Positions 9,744-17,536 of a DNA stretch of 64,000 nt are shown here, one piece after another (positions within the stretch are counted from its first letter, which is position 1; each line of letters starts with the position of its first letter). The notes below the pieces were generated by a model. It had not been told where the DNA came from, ran no database searches, and saw only the letters and a list, made by a program, of their open reading frames with translations. The position numbers and the translations under genes are program-made. This DNA is from an uncultured Verrucomicrobiota bacterium (lineage in GTDB: Bacteria; Verrucomicrobiota; Verrucomicrobiia; Limisphaerales; CAYMCQ01). The stretch lies in NCBI GenBank assembly GCA_964389025.1, contig CAYMCQ010000011.1, forward strand, positions 1 through 64,000, written 5' to 3'.

Positions 9744-10063
9744 ACACTCGCGCCGTGACGGAATTGCTCGCGAAACATCCGCGGCTCTGGATCTTAGCAG
9801 GAGTGGGCGGCGTGTTTATTGCGATTAGCAGTGCAAAAAAGATTTTTGATGGGTGGGAAGGGTTTTTGGAAGCGTTACGCTTTTGGTTTCAACCCGGTTG
9901 GCTGTCTTTGCTGCGCCGAGAGTTTTGGCAGGACGTAAAAGCAGAAGTGAAGTTATTTATTTGGTTTCTTGGGTCTCTGATTGTCATCTTGTTGCTGAAA
10001 ATCGGTATTACAAAACTCGTGGTTACATTTTCGTTAGTTGAACGATTCAACTTACCAATCTAA
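9740..10063 (+). CDS. hypothetical membrane protein (107 aa)
   Basis: ATG overlaps the upstream stop (ATGA). Two predicted TM helices. Its stop overlaps the ATG at 10063 (TAATG). Confidence 0.5.
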   Translation: MNTRAVTELLAKHPRLWILAGVGGVFIAISSAKKIFDGWEGFLEALRFWFQPGWLSLLRREFWQDVKAEVKLFIWFLGSLIVILLLKIGITKLVVTFSLVERFNLPI

Positions 10064-10161
10064 TGCGTCTCTTCAAAGCCATCATTGACGCGATACCATC
10101 GCGCGGTTGCCGGCGGGCTGGTTTTTCAGAGCCGCTTGTTGTAGTCTGTGAGCAGAAGTTT

Positions 10162-10332
10162 ATGAGCACGGCGGAACGCATTCGAGAAATAGTTGCAACG
10201 CTTTCAGCCGAACAGCGTGAAGAAGTAATGCGTTTCGTGGAATCACTGGAAGAACCATCTTACGCATCAGCCGGGGGCGACAAATCCTCGGAAAACACAA
10301 CATCAAAACATGAATCTCAAGATCATCATTGA
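10162..10332 (+). CDS. small hypothetical protein (56 aa), first gene of the inserted cassette
   Basis: MSTAERIREIVATLSAEQREEVMRFVESLEE... is helical and acidic. It is in frame with the duplicated carbonic-anhydrase N-terminus remnant at 10063. Function unknown (antitoxin-like?). Confidence 0.4.
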   Translation: MSTAERIREIVATLSAEQREEVMRFVESLEEPSYASAGGDKSSENTTSKHESQDHH

Positions 10333-10507
10333 ACAAGGCGAAGACGGTTACTTCGTCGCACATTGTCCATCGCTCAAAAGTTGCTGGTCACAGGGCAAGA
10401 CGCGCGACGAGGTGTTGAAAAACATCCGCGAGGCGATTGATCTCTACCTTGAGCCTGCGCCGGAAGAGTTGGAAGGCAAACGCGACGTGGTCGAATTGGC
10501 GGTATGA
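10310..10507 (+). CDS. hicB: type II antitoxin HicB family (UPF0150)
   Basis: MNLKIIIEQGEDGYFVAHCPSLKSCWSQGKTRDEVLKNIREAIDLYLE matches the HicB N-terminal RNase-H-like fold consensus. Its stop overlaps the hicA start by 4 nt. Confidence 0.75.
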   Translation: MNLKIIIEQGEDGYFVAHCPSLKSCWSQGKTRDEVLKNIREAIDLYLEPAPEELEGKRDVVELAV

Positions 10508-10722
10508 AATTGCCGCTCCTGTCAGGCAGACAGGTGGTGGCGGCATTGGAGCGCCTTGGCTTTCGGGAGATTCACCGCAAAGGCAGTCACGTGAAGATGA
10601 AACATTCCGACGGAAGATTGATTGTGTTTCCGTTTCACGATGAGGTTGATCGTTACACGTTGAAAGGTGCGTTGCGTGACGGCGGCGTTGAGATCGAGAA
10701 TTTCTTGCGGGAAGTGAAGTAA
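10504..10722 (+). CDS. hicA: type II toxin HicA family (YcfA-like mRNA interferase)
   Basis: 72 aa with the HicA hallmarks: GFREIHRKGSHVKMKH and a conserved GxH...F..H...RY..K core. Confidence 0.78.
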   Translation: MKLPLLSGRQVVAALERLGFREIHRKGSHVKMKHSDGRLIVFPFHDEVDRYTLKGALRDGGVEIENFLREVK

Positions 10723-10726
10723 GTTT

Positions 10727-11536
10727 ATGCGCCTCTTCGAAGCCATCATTGACGCGAACCATCGCGCGGTTGCGGGCGATCAAAACGCCAGTTTGCATCC
10801 GGCCGATTTCGCGGATGAGTTGCCGGTCATCGCGCTGACGTGCGTTGACCCGCGATTGAACCGGCTGCTGCCCGAAGTGCTAGGCGTGCCGGAGGAGCAA
10901 TTCATCTGGCTGCGCAACGCGGGCAACATCATCACCAGCCCGTTGAGCAGCACGATGCGCTCGCTGGCGCTGGCGTGCGCGGTCAAGGGCGGCAGGGAAA
11001 TCGCCGTCATCGGCCACACGGATTGCCAGATCTGCAAAGTCACGGTGATGCAATTGCTGGAGCAACTGAAAGTTCGCGGCGTCGAACGGATTCACCTGCC
11101 GGAAAACTTGAACGAGTTCTTCGGCCTGTTCGCGAGCGAGCGGCAGAATGTTTTGAAAGCCGTTGACCACATCCGCCGCAGTCCGCTCATCGGCCCGAAA
11201 ATTCCGGTTCACGGTCTGATGGTGGACATTGAAACAGGAAAACTGGAATGGCTTGTGAACGGTTACGACGCTTCCGCAGAAACGATTGCAACGAAATTTT
11301 CCCGCGCCGTCGAATCAGTAGAGCACACCTGGGACGCGATGAAGTCGCTCGCTGATTTCAACATCGGCGAAATGAAAACGCCGGAGACAAAGATCGGTGA
11401 AGTTGTCACTACGGCAAAAGATTTGATAGAACAGCATTGGCCAAAAGCACACGAACCGGCAAAAGATTCGCCGCCAAAAATCCCGCTGCCGCCGCCGTTG
11501 CGTCCACGGATGATTTTGCACAAGGCGAAGAAGTGA
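10727..11536 (+). CDS. beta-class carbonic anhydrase-like protein
   Basis: Two metal-binding beta-CA motifs: LTCVDPR (CxDxR) and IGHTDCQ (HxxC). Its first ~50 nt are duplicated at 10063-10112. Confidence 0.65.
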   Translation: MRLFEAIIDANHRAVAGDQNASLHPADFADELPVIALTCVDPRLNRLLPEVLGVPEEQFIWLRNAGNIITSPLSSTMRSLALACAVKGGREIAVIGHTDCQICKVTVMQLLEQLKVRGVERIHLPENLNEFFGLFASERQNVLKAVDHIRRSPLIGPKIPVHGLMVDIETGKLEWLVNGYDASAETIATKFSRAVESVEHTWDAMKSLADFNIGEMKTPETKIGEVVTTAKDLIEQHWPKAHEPAKDSPPKIPLPPPLRPRMILHKAKK

Positions 11537-11567
11537 TGACTACTTCAATCGCAATCATTCAGTTCGA

Positions 11568-11740
11568 CGAACCCTCACCCTGACCCTCTCCCATCCGATG
11601 GGAGAGGGAACAGCAATAGGCAGTTTCTGCTTATTTGAAGTCGTCCAGCAAATACAGCGCTCAGCTTTTCCAAGAAGGCTGTGTGCGATTCCCCCTCTCC
11701 CGTCCGACGGGAGAGGGCCGGGGTGAGGGCGGTTTCGATT
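11568..11740. repeat. inverted pair of palindromic elements (CCCTCACCC-YG-CCCTCTCCCATCCGATGGGAGAGGG); third copy at 46565-46640
   Basis: ccctcaccctgaccctctcccatccgatgggagaggg at about 11568-11605, and its near reverse complement ccctctcccgtccgacgggagagggccggggtgaggg at about 11698-11740. A related copy sits between rsmE and dnaJ. Confidence 0.8.
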
Positions 11741-11773
11741 TGTCAGCGGCGTTGAAACCGAGCAAGTTATGGC

Positions 11774-12406
11774 ATGGCTGACGAGCAAAAGAAGCGGCGC
11801 AGATTCTACAGTTGGTCAACGTTCTTCATTTTGGTTCTGCTCCTCGGAGTTTTGCTCGCGCTGCTCTGGCTTTACCACGAAAAGGCCGTCACCGATGCTA
11901 CGCCTGCCATGCTTCCGCCGGTCACTTTGTCTGAATCCCAACTGCGCCAGCTTCAACAGCGGGTCGAAGCTTTCCGGGAAGCCGTCCGCTCGCGCCAATC
12001 CTCGCTCGCGCCGCTGACGCTCACGAGTGACGAAGTCAACGCGCTTATCGCCACTGACGCCGATTTGGAATCTCTCAAAGACCGTTTCCACGTCGCGCTC
12101 GAAGGCGGCGTGGCGAAGGCGCAATTCAGTTTCCCGACGGCGCAACTCGGCCTCGATCCCAAAGGAAGATTTTTCAACGGCTCCGGGATATTCTCGGTCT
12201 CATTGCGAAATGGAATCCTGCAAATCAAGGCGAACAGCCTCACGGTAAAACGTCATTCACTCCCGGATGAACTTGCCGCCCACTTTGAAAATGAAAACTT
12301 CGCCGAGGCCATCAACGGAAATCCGCGCGCGCAAGCGGCGTTCAAGCGGATCGAAAGCATCGAGATAAAAAACGGCAAGCTGGTCATCACTCCGAAGAAG
12401 GAGTGA
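11774..12406 (+). CDS. hypothetical membrane-anchored protein (210 aa)
   Basis: Basic N-terminus followed by one TM helix (FFILVLLLGVLLALLWLY) and a soluble domain. No family recognised. Confidence 0.5.
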   Translation: MADEQKKRRRFYSWSTFFILVLLLGVLLALLWLYHEKAVTDATPAMLPPVTLSESQLRQLQQRVEAFREAVRSRQSSLAPLTLTSDEVNALIATDADLESLKDRFHVALEGGVAKAQFSFPTAQLGLDPKGRFFNGSGIFSVSLRNGILQIKANSLTVKRHSLPDELAAHFENENFAEAINGNPRAQAAFKRIESIEIKNGKLVITPKKE

Positions 12407-12415
12407 CGTCGAGAT

Positions 12416-12494
12416 TATCGGAGGGCGGAGTTCCACGACGCCCTAAACCTCTCCAGAAAAAAATGTCAGGGCGTCGTGGAACTCCGCCCTCCGG
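12416..12494. repeat. palindromic hairpin element family A (GGAGGGCGGAGTTCCACGACGCCC--loop--GGGCGTCGTGGAACTCCGCCCTCC); other copies at 20968-21046 and 30456-30540
   Basis: Perfect 24-bp inverted arms with a 25-30 nt loop, here between convergent genes. Three near-identical copies with different loops. Confidence 0.9.
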
Positions 12495-12498
12495 ATCG

Positions 12499-13152
12499 TT
12501 AAAGCGCCGCCGTGCCGGGCGTCGCTTTGACATTCAACTTCAGCACGACTTCCTTGCGGATCAGGTCGTTTGCCTTGCCGGGATAAACAATCTCGAAATC
12601 GAACCGGTTGATGAAAAAGTCCGCGGCGACTTCTACGGCTGCGTCGCTGACTGTGATGGTCGCCGGAAACGAAATCTGTTTGGTGACGCCATGAAGCGTG
12701 AGATTGCCGGTGACGGTCGAGTTGGTCGCGTTCGCAGAGATGGTGGTCGTCTCAAACGTGGCCGTCGGAATTTCCGCGACGTTGAAAAAGTCCTTGCTCT
12801 TCAGATGGCCGGTCAGTCGCTCGTTGTCCGACCAAAGCGATGTCGTATCAATCACCACTTTGTTTCCAGTGTCCGACAATTTCCCATCGGCAACACGCAA
12901 TCCTCCCGTGAACTTTTTGAAGCCGCCGCTGTGGCTGCCGGTGACTTTGGAGCCGGTGAAACTGATGGTGGAATCATCCGCGTTGATGACGTAGGAGCGC
13001 GGCACGGCGGCGGGAGTTACCGCTGGGTTGGATTCAGCTGGAGCGTTTGTCGCGGCAGCGACTTTGGCTTCGGGAACTTTGTCCGCCGGGTTTGAGCAGC
13101 CGAGCAGAACGATGACGGGAAGGAGCGGAGCGAAGTTAAAAATAGTTTTCAT
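12499..13152 (-). CDS. YceI-family periplasmic/lipoprotein (polyisoprenoid-binding)
   Basis: Signal peptide with a lipobox-like LLGCS, and YceI-domain motifs (ISFTGSKVTGSHSGGFKKFTG; TSLWSDNERLTGHLKSKDFFNV...PTATFETT). Confidence 0.78.
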   Translation of the reverse strand: MKTIFNFAPLLPVIVLLGCSNPADKVPEAKVAAATNAPAESNPAVTPAAVPRSYVINADDSTISFTGSKVTGSHSGGFKKFTGGLRVADGKLSDTGNKVVIDTTSLWSDNERLTGHLKSKDFFNVAEIPTATFETTTISANATNSTVTGNLTLHGVTKQISFPATITVSDAAVEVAADFFINRFDFEIVYPGKANDLIRKEVVLKLNVKATPGTAAL

Positions 13153-13192
13153 AAAATATTTCCTGACACAAAATCATTTTTCCGCTCAGGGT

Positions 13193-14344
13193 TCAATCCT
13201 TCTTTCCGAAAATCCGCTGATGCTCCAGCAGCGCATAACGGTCGGTCATGCCGGCGATGTAATCGCAAATGGCGCGGTGACGGCCAATTTTTTTTGCGCG
13301 CTTGCGGCTTTGCTCGCCTACTTCGCTGAAATGTTTGAGGTAAAACTCAAAAAGTTCCTCAAGCATCTGAACCGAGCGGAGATTCGGACGGCTGACTTCG
13401 GGGCTGTAATAAAGATTTTTGTAGAGATACTTGCGGAGTTCCTGATTCAACCTGCGGCGCTTCGGGCTGTATTGGACAAGAGCCTTCGGATGCAGGCGGA
13501 CGTCGTCTGCTGATTTCACGCCTGAATCCAAAATCGCCTTCTCCGTCGTCTCGACCACATCCTTGATTTGCCCGTCAATAATGCAGCGGATGATAAAATA
13601 GCGGCGACATTCGTCCGAAAGTTTTCCGTGTTCGCGTCCGATGCGTCGCGAAGCATCGCCGAATATTTTCACGTCGCGGATCAAATTCTTTTCCGAGAGC
13701 AGTCCGCAATCAATCCCGTCGTCAAGGTCGTGGCTGTAATAGGTGATCTCATCCGCGAGGTTCGCGATTTGCGCTTCGAGCGAGGAATTTTTCGCGGCAA
13801 AGGCGGCGGTCTTGCTCGGATGATCCCAGGCCGTGAAATGTTTCATCAACCCCTCTCGCGTTTCCCAAGTGAGATTCAGTCCGGGAAAGTTTGGATACTT
13901 TTGCTCGATCTCCTCGACGGTTCGCAGGCTCTGGCGATTGTGCTCAAACCCGCCGTGGCCGCGCATGAGCCGGTTCAAAACCGTTTCGCCACGATGACCG
14001 AACGGCGAATGGCCGAGGTCGTGCGCCAGCGCAATCGCCTCGGTCAAATCCTCGTTCAACTTCAGCGCGCGCGCGATACCGCGGGAAATCGCGGCGACTT
14101 CAATCGTGTGCGTGAGCCGCGTGCGAAGATGGTCACCAGTGCCGTTGAGAAAAACCTGTGTTTTGTATTCCAGCCGGCGGAACGCGCGCGAATGGATGAT
14201 GCGGTCGCGATCGCGTTGATATTCCGTCCGCCATTCGGGCGGCGGCTCCTTGTATTTTCTTCCGCGCGTGTCCGCGCTGAGTTGCGCAAAGGGCGCGAGT
14301 GATTGTTTTTCGAGTTGCTCCAACTCTTCTCGTGTGCGTGGCAT
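13193..14344 (-). CDS. dgt: dGTP triphosphohydrolase-like HD-domain protein (Dgt family, short form)
   Basis: HD motif HTIEVAAISRGIARAL...AHDLGHSPFGH and a conserved Dgt C-terminal region. The start is taken at the internal ATG (MPRTREELEQ) because the 5' extension of the ORF lacks homology. Confidence 0.82.
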   Translation of the reverse strand: MPRTREELEQLEKQSLAPFAQLSADTRGRKYKEPPPEWRTEYQRDRDRIIHSRAFRRLEYKTQVFLNGTGDHLRTRLTHTIEVAAISRGIARALKLNEDLTEAIALAHDLGHSPFGHRGETVLNRLMRGHGGFEHNRQSLRTVEEIEQKYPNFPGLNLTWETREGLMKHFTAWDHPSKTAAFAAKNSSLEAQIANLADEITYYSHDLDDGIDCGLLSEKNLIRDVKIFGDASRRIGREHGKLSDECRRYFIIRCIIDGQIKDVVETTEKAILDSGVKSADDVRLHPKALVQYSPKRRRLNQELRKYLYKNLYYSPEVSRPNLRSVQMLEELFEFYLKHFSEVGEQSRKRAKKIGRHRAICDYIAGMTDRYALLEHQRIFGKKD

Positions 14345-14462
14345 GGCCAAATAATTTTGTGGACAACTCTTCCACAACTTCCCGACAAAGAGCAATGCAC
14401 AAAATAATTTCTCAGGAGAGTGAAAGATAAGGTAACTACGGAATGGCCTCGCCGGATGCGAT

Positions 14463-15275
14463 TCAAGGCTGCTTTTCTGCGAGCTTTTGTCTGGCAGCGC
14501 GGCGAATGTCCCGCTCCTCGTCTTCGTCGGCGGCAAGTTTGCTCAGAACCTCCCGGTCGGTAAGTTTTTTGATCGCGGCGAGGCGGATTGAAATTTCATC
14601 GTCATCCACGGCAAGCGTGGCGAGGACGGTTTGGTTGGTCAGTTTTGCGAGGGCTGCAAGGCGGTTGTTGATATCCTCGTCATCGGTGGCGCTGTTGCCC
14701 AATGCAGTTTGGTTCGTCAACTTCTTGATGGCACCGAGACGGATGGAAGCATCGTCACTGTCTTCGGCGATTTTCGCGAGCGCGGCTTGATCGGTGAGCT
14801 TCGCAAGCGCGATGCGGCGGATTTCGATGTTCTCCTCATCAACGGTGATGGCGCCCAATGCAGTCTGATCCGTGAGTTTTTTGACAGCGGCAAGACGGAT
14901 GAAAACTGTGTCATCATCGGTGGCGGCCTTCGCAATGGCAGTTTGATTGGTCAGCTTTTCGAGAGCGGCCATGCGATTGTTGGTGTCGTCGTCATCAGCC
15001 ACGACTTTGGCAAGGGCAATTTGGTCGGTGAGCTTTTTGATAGCGGCGAGGCGGATGGAGGACTCCTCATCTTCGGTGGCAACCTTGGCAATGGCGACTT
15101 GATTGGTGAGCTTCGCGAGGGCGGCGCGTCGGGCTTTGGCGTCGTCATCGTCGCCTGCGGCGAGCAATCTATGGCTGCTGACAACAAGCAGCGGCAACAG
15201 AAGACCGATCATCAGAACAGGTGTCCGGACAGATTTTGGAGAGGTCAGTTTTGTTCTGTCGCGCTTGTCAGTCAT
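14463..15275 (-). CDS. HEAT-repeat lipoprotein/secreted protein
   Basis: Signal peptide (MIGLLLPLLVVSS) followed by about 8 tandem repeats of a ~31-aa unit (IRLAAIKKLTDQxALAKVAxDDDD). The longer six-frame ORF runs into the divergent gene and is rejected. Confidence 0.6.
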   Translation of the reverse strand: MTDKRDRTKLTSPKSVRTPVLMIGLLLPLLVVSSHRLLAAGDDDDAKARRAALAKLTNQVAIAKVATEDEESSIRLAAIKKLTDQIALAKVVADDDDTNNRMAALEKLTNQTAIAKAATDDDTVFIRLAAVKKLTDQTALGAITVDEENIEIRRIALAKLTDQAALAKIAEDSDDASIRLGAIKKLTNQTALGNSATDDEDINNRLAALAKLTNQTVLATLAVDDDEISIRLAAIKKLTDREVLSKLAADEDEERDIRRAARQKLAEKQP

Positions 15276-15317
15276 CGTTGTTTGCGTCACAATTTTCTTT
15301 CGCGATAAAAATACTTT

Positions 15318-16640
15318 GTGAACGCCGCCGAACAAGCACAATTCATCCGCGCTTCGCTGCCGTCCGGCGGTTTGTTCGCGGGCCATGAGTGGCGGATTTC
15401 GCCCGAACCGTTCCGGCTTGACGCGGATCTGGCGAAGGATTTGGAGAATCTTGGCCGCGTGCTGTTGCAATTTTATCGCGCGGTCAATTTGCTCTATCGC
15501 AAAAGTGTTGAAGGCAAACAGCCGGCATGGGTCGCTGAACTTCTGGATCGCGGCAAACCCCCGGAACTCATCGAGCTTCAACGCGCGCCCACTTTCAAAA
15601 ACGAACTCCCGCGCGTGATTCGCCCGGACATTTTGCTCAATGGCGACGGCATCACCATCACGGAACTCGACAGCGTGCCCGGCGGGATCGGGCTGACGGC
15701 GTGGCTCGAGAAAATGTATTCAGAAGTCAGAAGTCGGAAGTCGGAAGTCGGAGTTATTGGTGGCGCGGATGGAATGATTCGCGGGTTTGAATCCCTCTTT
15801 GGCGACGCGAAAAAAGTTCACATCGTAATTTCCGAGGAGGCGGCGACTTACCGGCCGGAAATGGAATGGCTCTCGAAGGAAGTGCGAAGTGCGAAGTGCG
15901 AAGTGCGAAGTTCAACTTTCAGTGAGTTTGCCGCTGCTGATGCGGTTTATCGCTTCTTCGAGCTGTTCGATTTGCCGAACGTGGCGAACTCAAAAAAGAT
16001 TTTTGAACTTGCCCGTGAAAAACAAATCCGGCTCACGCCGCCGCCGAAACCAATCTTCGAGGAAAAACTTTTGTTCGCGTTGCTCTGGAATCGCAACCTT
16101 CAAACTTTCTGGCGACAGGAACTCGGAGAAAACTTTTTCAACAAACTCAAGAAGTTCGTTCCGTATTCGTGGGTTGTTGATCCGACTCCGTTGCCGCCGC
16201 ACGCGGCGATTGCTGACTTGAACCTCACGGACTGGCAACAACTCAAAGCGCTTTCGCAAAAGGAACGGGATTTGATTCTGAAAGTCTCCGGCTTCTCGCC
16301 GAAAGCCTGGGGCGCGCGCGGTGTTTATCTCGGCAGCGATCTGTCACACCCGGATTGGTCGGCGGCGGTGGACACGGCGATTTCGAGCTTTGAACGTTCG
16401 CCCTTCATTCTTCAGCGTTACCATAAACCACATCTCGTCGAAGCGCAGTGGTTTGATTTCGAGCGCAACGAACTTGTGCCAATGCAAGGCCGCGTCCGTT
16501 TGTGTCCATATTATTTTGTCAGCGGGGAAGGGGATTCGGCGCGCGCGACTCTTGGCGGCGTTCTTGCGACGATTTGTCCGGCGGACAAAAAAATCATTCA
16601 CGGCATGACCGAGGCGATTTTTGCGCCGTGCGCCGTGTAA
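15318..16640 (+). CDS. glutathionylspermidine-synthase-like / circularly-permuted ATP-grasp family protein (putative)
   Basis: RPDILLNGDGITITELDSVPGGIG resembles the GspS pre-ATP-grasp motif (RFDF..DG..K.LEYNADTP). Weak assignment. Contains two heptanucleotide tandem arrays. Confidence 0.4.
   Translation: MNAAEQAQFIRASLPSGGLFAGHEWRISPEPFRLDADLAKDLENLGRVLLQFYRAVNLLYRKSVEGKQPAWVAELLDRGKPPELIELQRAPTFKNELPRVIRPDILLNGDGITITELDSVPGGIGLTAWLEKMYSEVRSRKSEVGVIGGADGMIRGFESLFGDAKKVHIVISEEAATYRPEMEWLSKEVRSAKCEVRSSTFSEFAAADAVYRFFELFDLPNVANSKKIFELAREKQIRLTPPPKPIFEEKLLFALLWNRNLQTFWRQELGENFFNKLKKFVPYSWVVDPTPLPPHAAIADLNLTDWQQLKALSQKERDLILKVSGFSPKAWGARGVYLGSDLSHPDWSAAVDTAISSFERSPFILQRYHKPHLVEAQWFDFERNELVPMQGRVRLCPYYFVSGEGDSARATLGGVLATICPADKKIIHGMTEAIFAPCAV
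15720..15753. repeat. heptanucleotide tandem array (CAGAAGT/CGGAAGT, about 4.7 copies) inside a CDS
   Basis: cagaagtcagaagtcggaagtcggaagtcggag encodes SEVRSRKSEVG in frame. Confidence 0.9.
15878..15912. repeat. heptanucleotide tandem array (GAAGTGC, about 4.8 copies) inside the same CDS
   Basis: ggaagtgcgaagtgcgaagtgcgaagtgcgaagtt encodes KEVRSAKCEVRSS. It is preceded by aatggct, as is the array at 44912. Confidence 0.9.
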
Positions 16641-16680
16641 AAAGTCGGAGGCGAGGTGACGCAGCGTGACGAGCGGTTCG

Positions 16681-16745
16681 GCTATTAGCCATTGTCAATC
16701 GGCTATTGCTCGTTGGCTATCGCCTATTGTCCATCGGCTTTTATC
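16681..16745. repeat. array of short GGCTATTG-like repeats (left flank of the four-helix-bundle gene)
   Basis: ggctattagccattgtcaatcggctattgctcgttggctatcgcctattgtccatcggc. A similar but partly inverted array lies at 17376-17470. Confidence 0.8.
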
Positions 16746-17266
16746 TCCCCACGAGCAATTCGCGCCTCGTCCGTTTTGTAGAGCGGATGATTTGGTTTCA
16801 GCGTTCGTAAAAAGTTCAGTTTGTATTGCGCCGCCTTCCCCGCGGTCTCTCGCTTCTCTTTCACGTCCGGTGTGAGATGCCGCTTGCCTTGCACTGGCGA
16901 CTCTTCGACCGAGCGCGCCCACGCAGTGAGTTGCTTCGAGCAGGATTTGGCCAATGTGACGATGCGGGTGAAATCGCGGGTGAACGGTTTTACCTTCGGT
17001 CGCGGCGCGACGACCGCCAGCATTGAGCGCACTTCACCCGCTGAACCGCGGGCGATGGCGAGAAACGAAAGCAGTTCGCCCGTCGTCACGCGTTCGAATC
17101 CTTCCGCGACATTGTTGGAGACGGAAAGCGCGGCGCGGTCCAATTGATTGCGAAAGCCGGAGGAGAGCGGAAGAGTTGGCGTTTCGAGAAGGTCGAGGAC
17201 TGCATTGTAAAGTCGCGCCGCTTCCTGCCAGACCGGAAGGTCTTCGAACTGTTCATATTTAGGCAT
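16724..17266 (-). CDS. four-helix-bundle protein (TIGR02436 / 23S rRNA IVS protein family, the family that includes DGR Avd)
   Basis: MPKYEQFEDLPVWQEAARLYNAVLDL...NQLDRAALSVSNNVAEGFER...ELLSFLAIARGSAGEVRSML is the characteristic family consensus. The start is taken at the internal ATG. Carries a C-terminal extension of about 50 aa. Confidence 0.75.
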   Translation of the reverse strand: MPKYEQFEDLPVWQEAARLYNAVLDLLETPTLPLSSGFRNQLDRAALSVSNNVAEGFERVTTGELLSFLAIARGSAGEVRSMLAVVAPRPKVKPFTRDFTRIVTLAKSCSKQLTAWARSVEESPVQGKRHLTPDVKEKRETAGKAAQYKLNFLRTLKPNHPLYKTDEARIARGEIKADGQ

Positions 17267-17375
17267 GGGGAATCCTTTCTGTTTTGGCGCTTCGTGTTTT
17301 AATTCACATCGCAGTTCCTGCTTTGCAAAGCCGCAGCCTGTTTCGGTTCTTGTTCGGGGAACTGCGAGTTGGCTA

Positions 17376-17470
17376 CCAGCCCAATAGCCGATAGGCAATA
17401 GCAAATAGCCAAATCTCTGACTGGCAGCAATCGGCTATTGGCGATTGGCTATCGTCTATTGACTATTGTC
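17376..17470. repeat. GGCTATTG-like repeat array (right flank), containing an internal inverted repeat
   Basis: ccaatagccgataggcaatagcaaatagcc ... caatcggctattggcgattggctatcgtctattgactattgtctatgg. Confidence 0.8.
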
Positions 17471-17536
17471 TATGGCCGAAGGCCAAGGCGGAGAATAATC
17501 CTTGATGGAAATTTGCGGGTCGGGTTTCCTCAACGC

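Noticed and set aside
13150-13200. Possible tRNA, suggested by a GGTTCAATCC-like motif
   Set aside because: AT-rich, no acceptor or anticodon stems. It is the 3' end and intergenic region of the dGTPase gene.
13193-14344. dGTPase as an anti-phage defence gene
   Set aside because: Short housekeeping-type Dgt with ordinary neighbours (YceI, HEAT-repeat protein). Nothing in the context suggests a defence island.
14463-15581. Full-length 372-aa version of the HEAT-repeat ORF
   Set aside because: The 5' 100 codons run across the divergent promoter region into the 15318 gene. An internal ATG followed by a signal peptide is a better start.
15720-15912. CRISPR array, suggested by the short tandem repeats (also the GGCTATTG arrays at 16681-16745 and 17376-17470)
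   Set aside because: Repeat units are 7-11 nt with no unique spacers of 25-40 nt and no cas genes. Not CRISPR.
16681-17480. Possible diversity-generating retroelement, suggested by the Avd-family four-helix-bundle gene
   Set aside because: No reverse transcriptase ORF (no YxDD-type motif in any frame nearby) and no template/variable repeat pair differing at adenines. The flanking repeats are short 8-11 nt units, not TR/VR.
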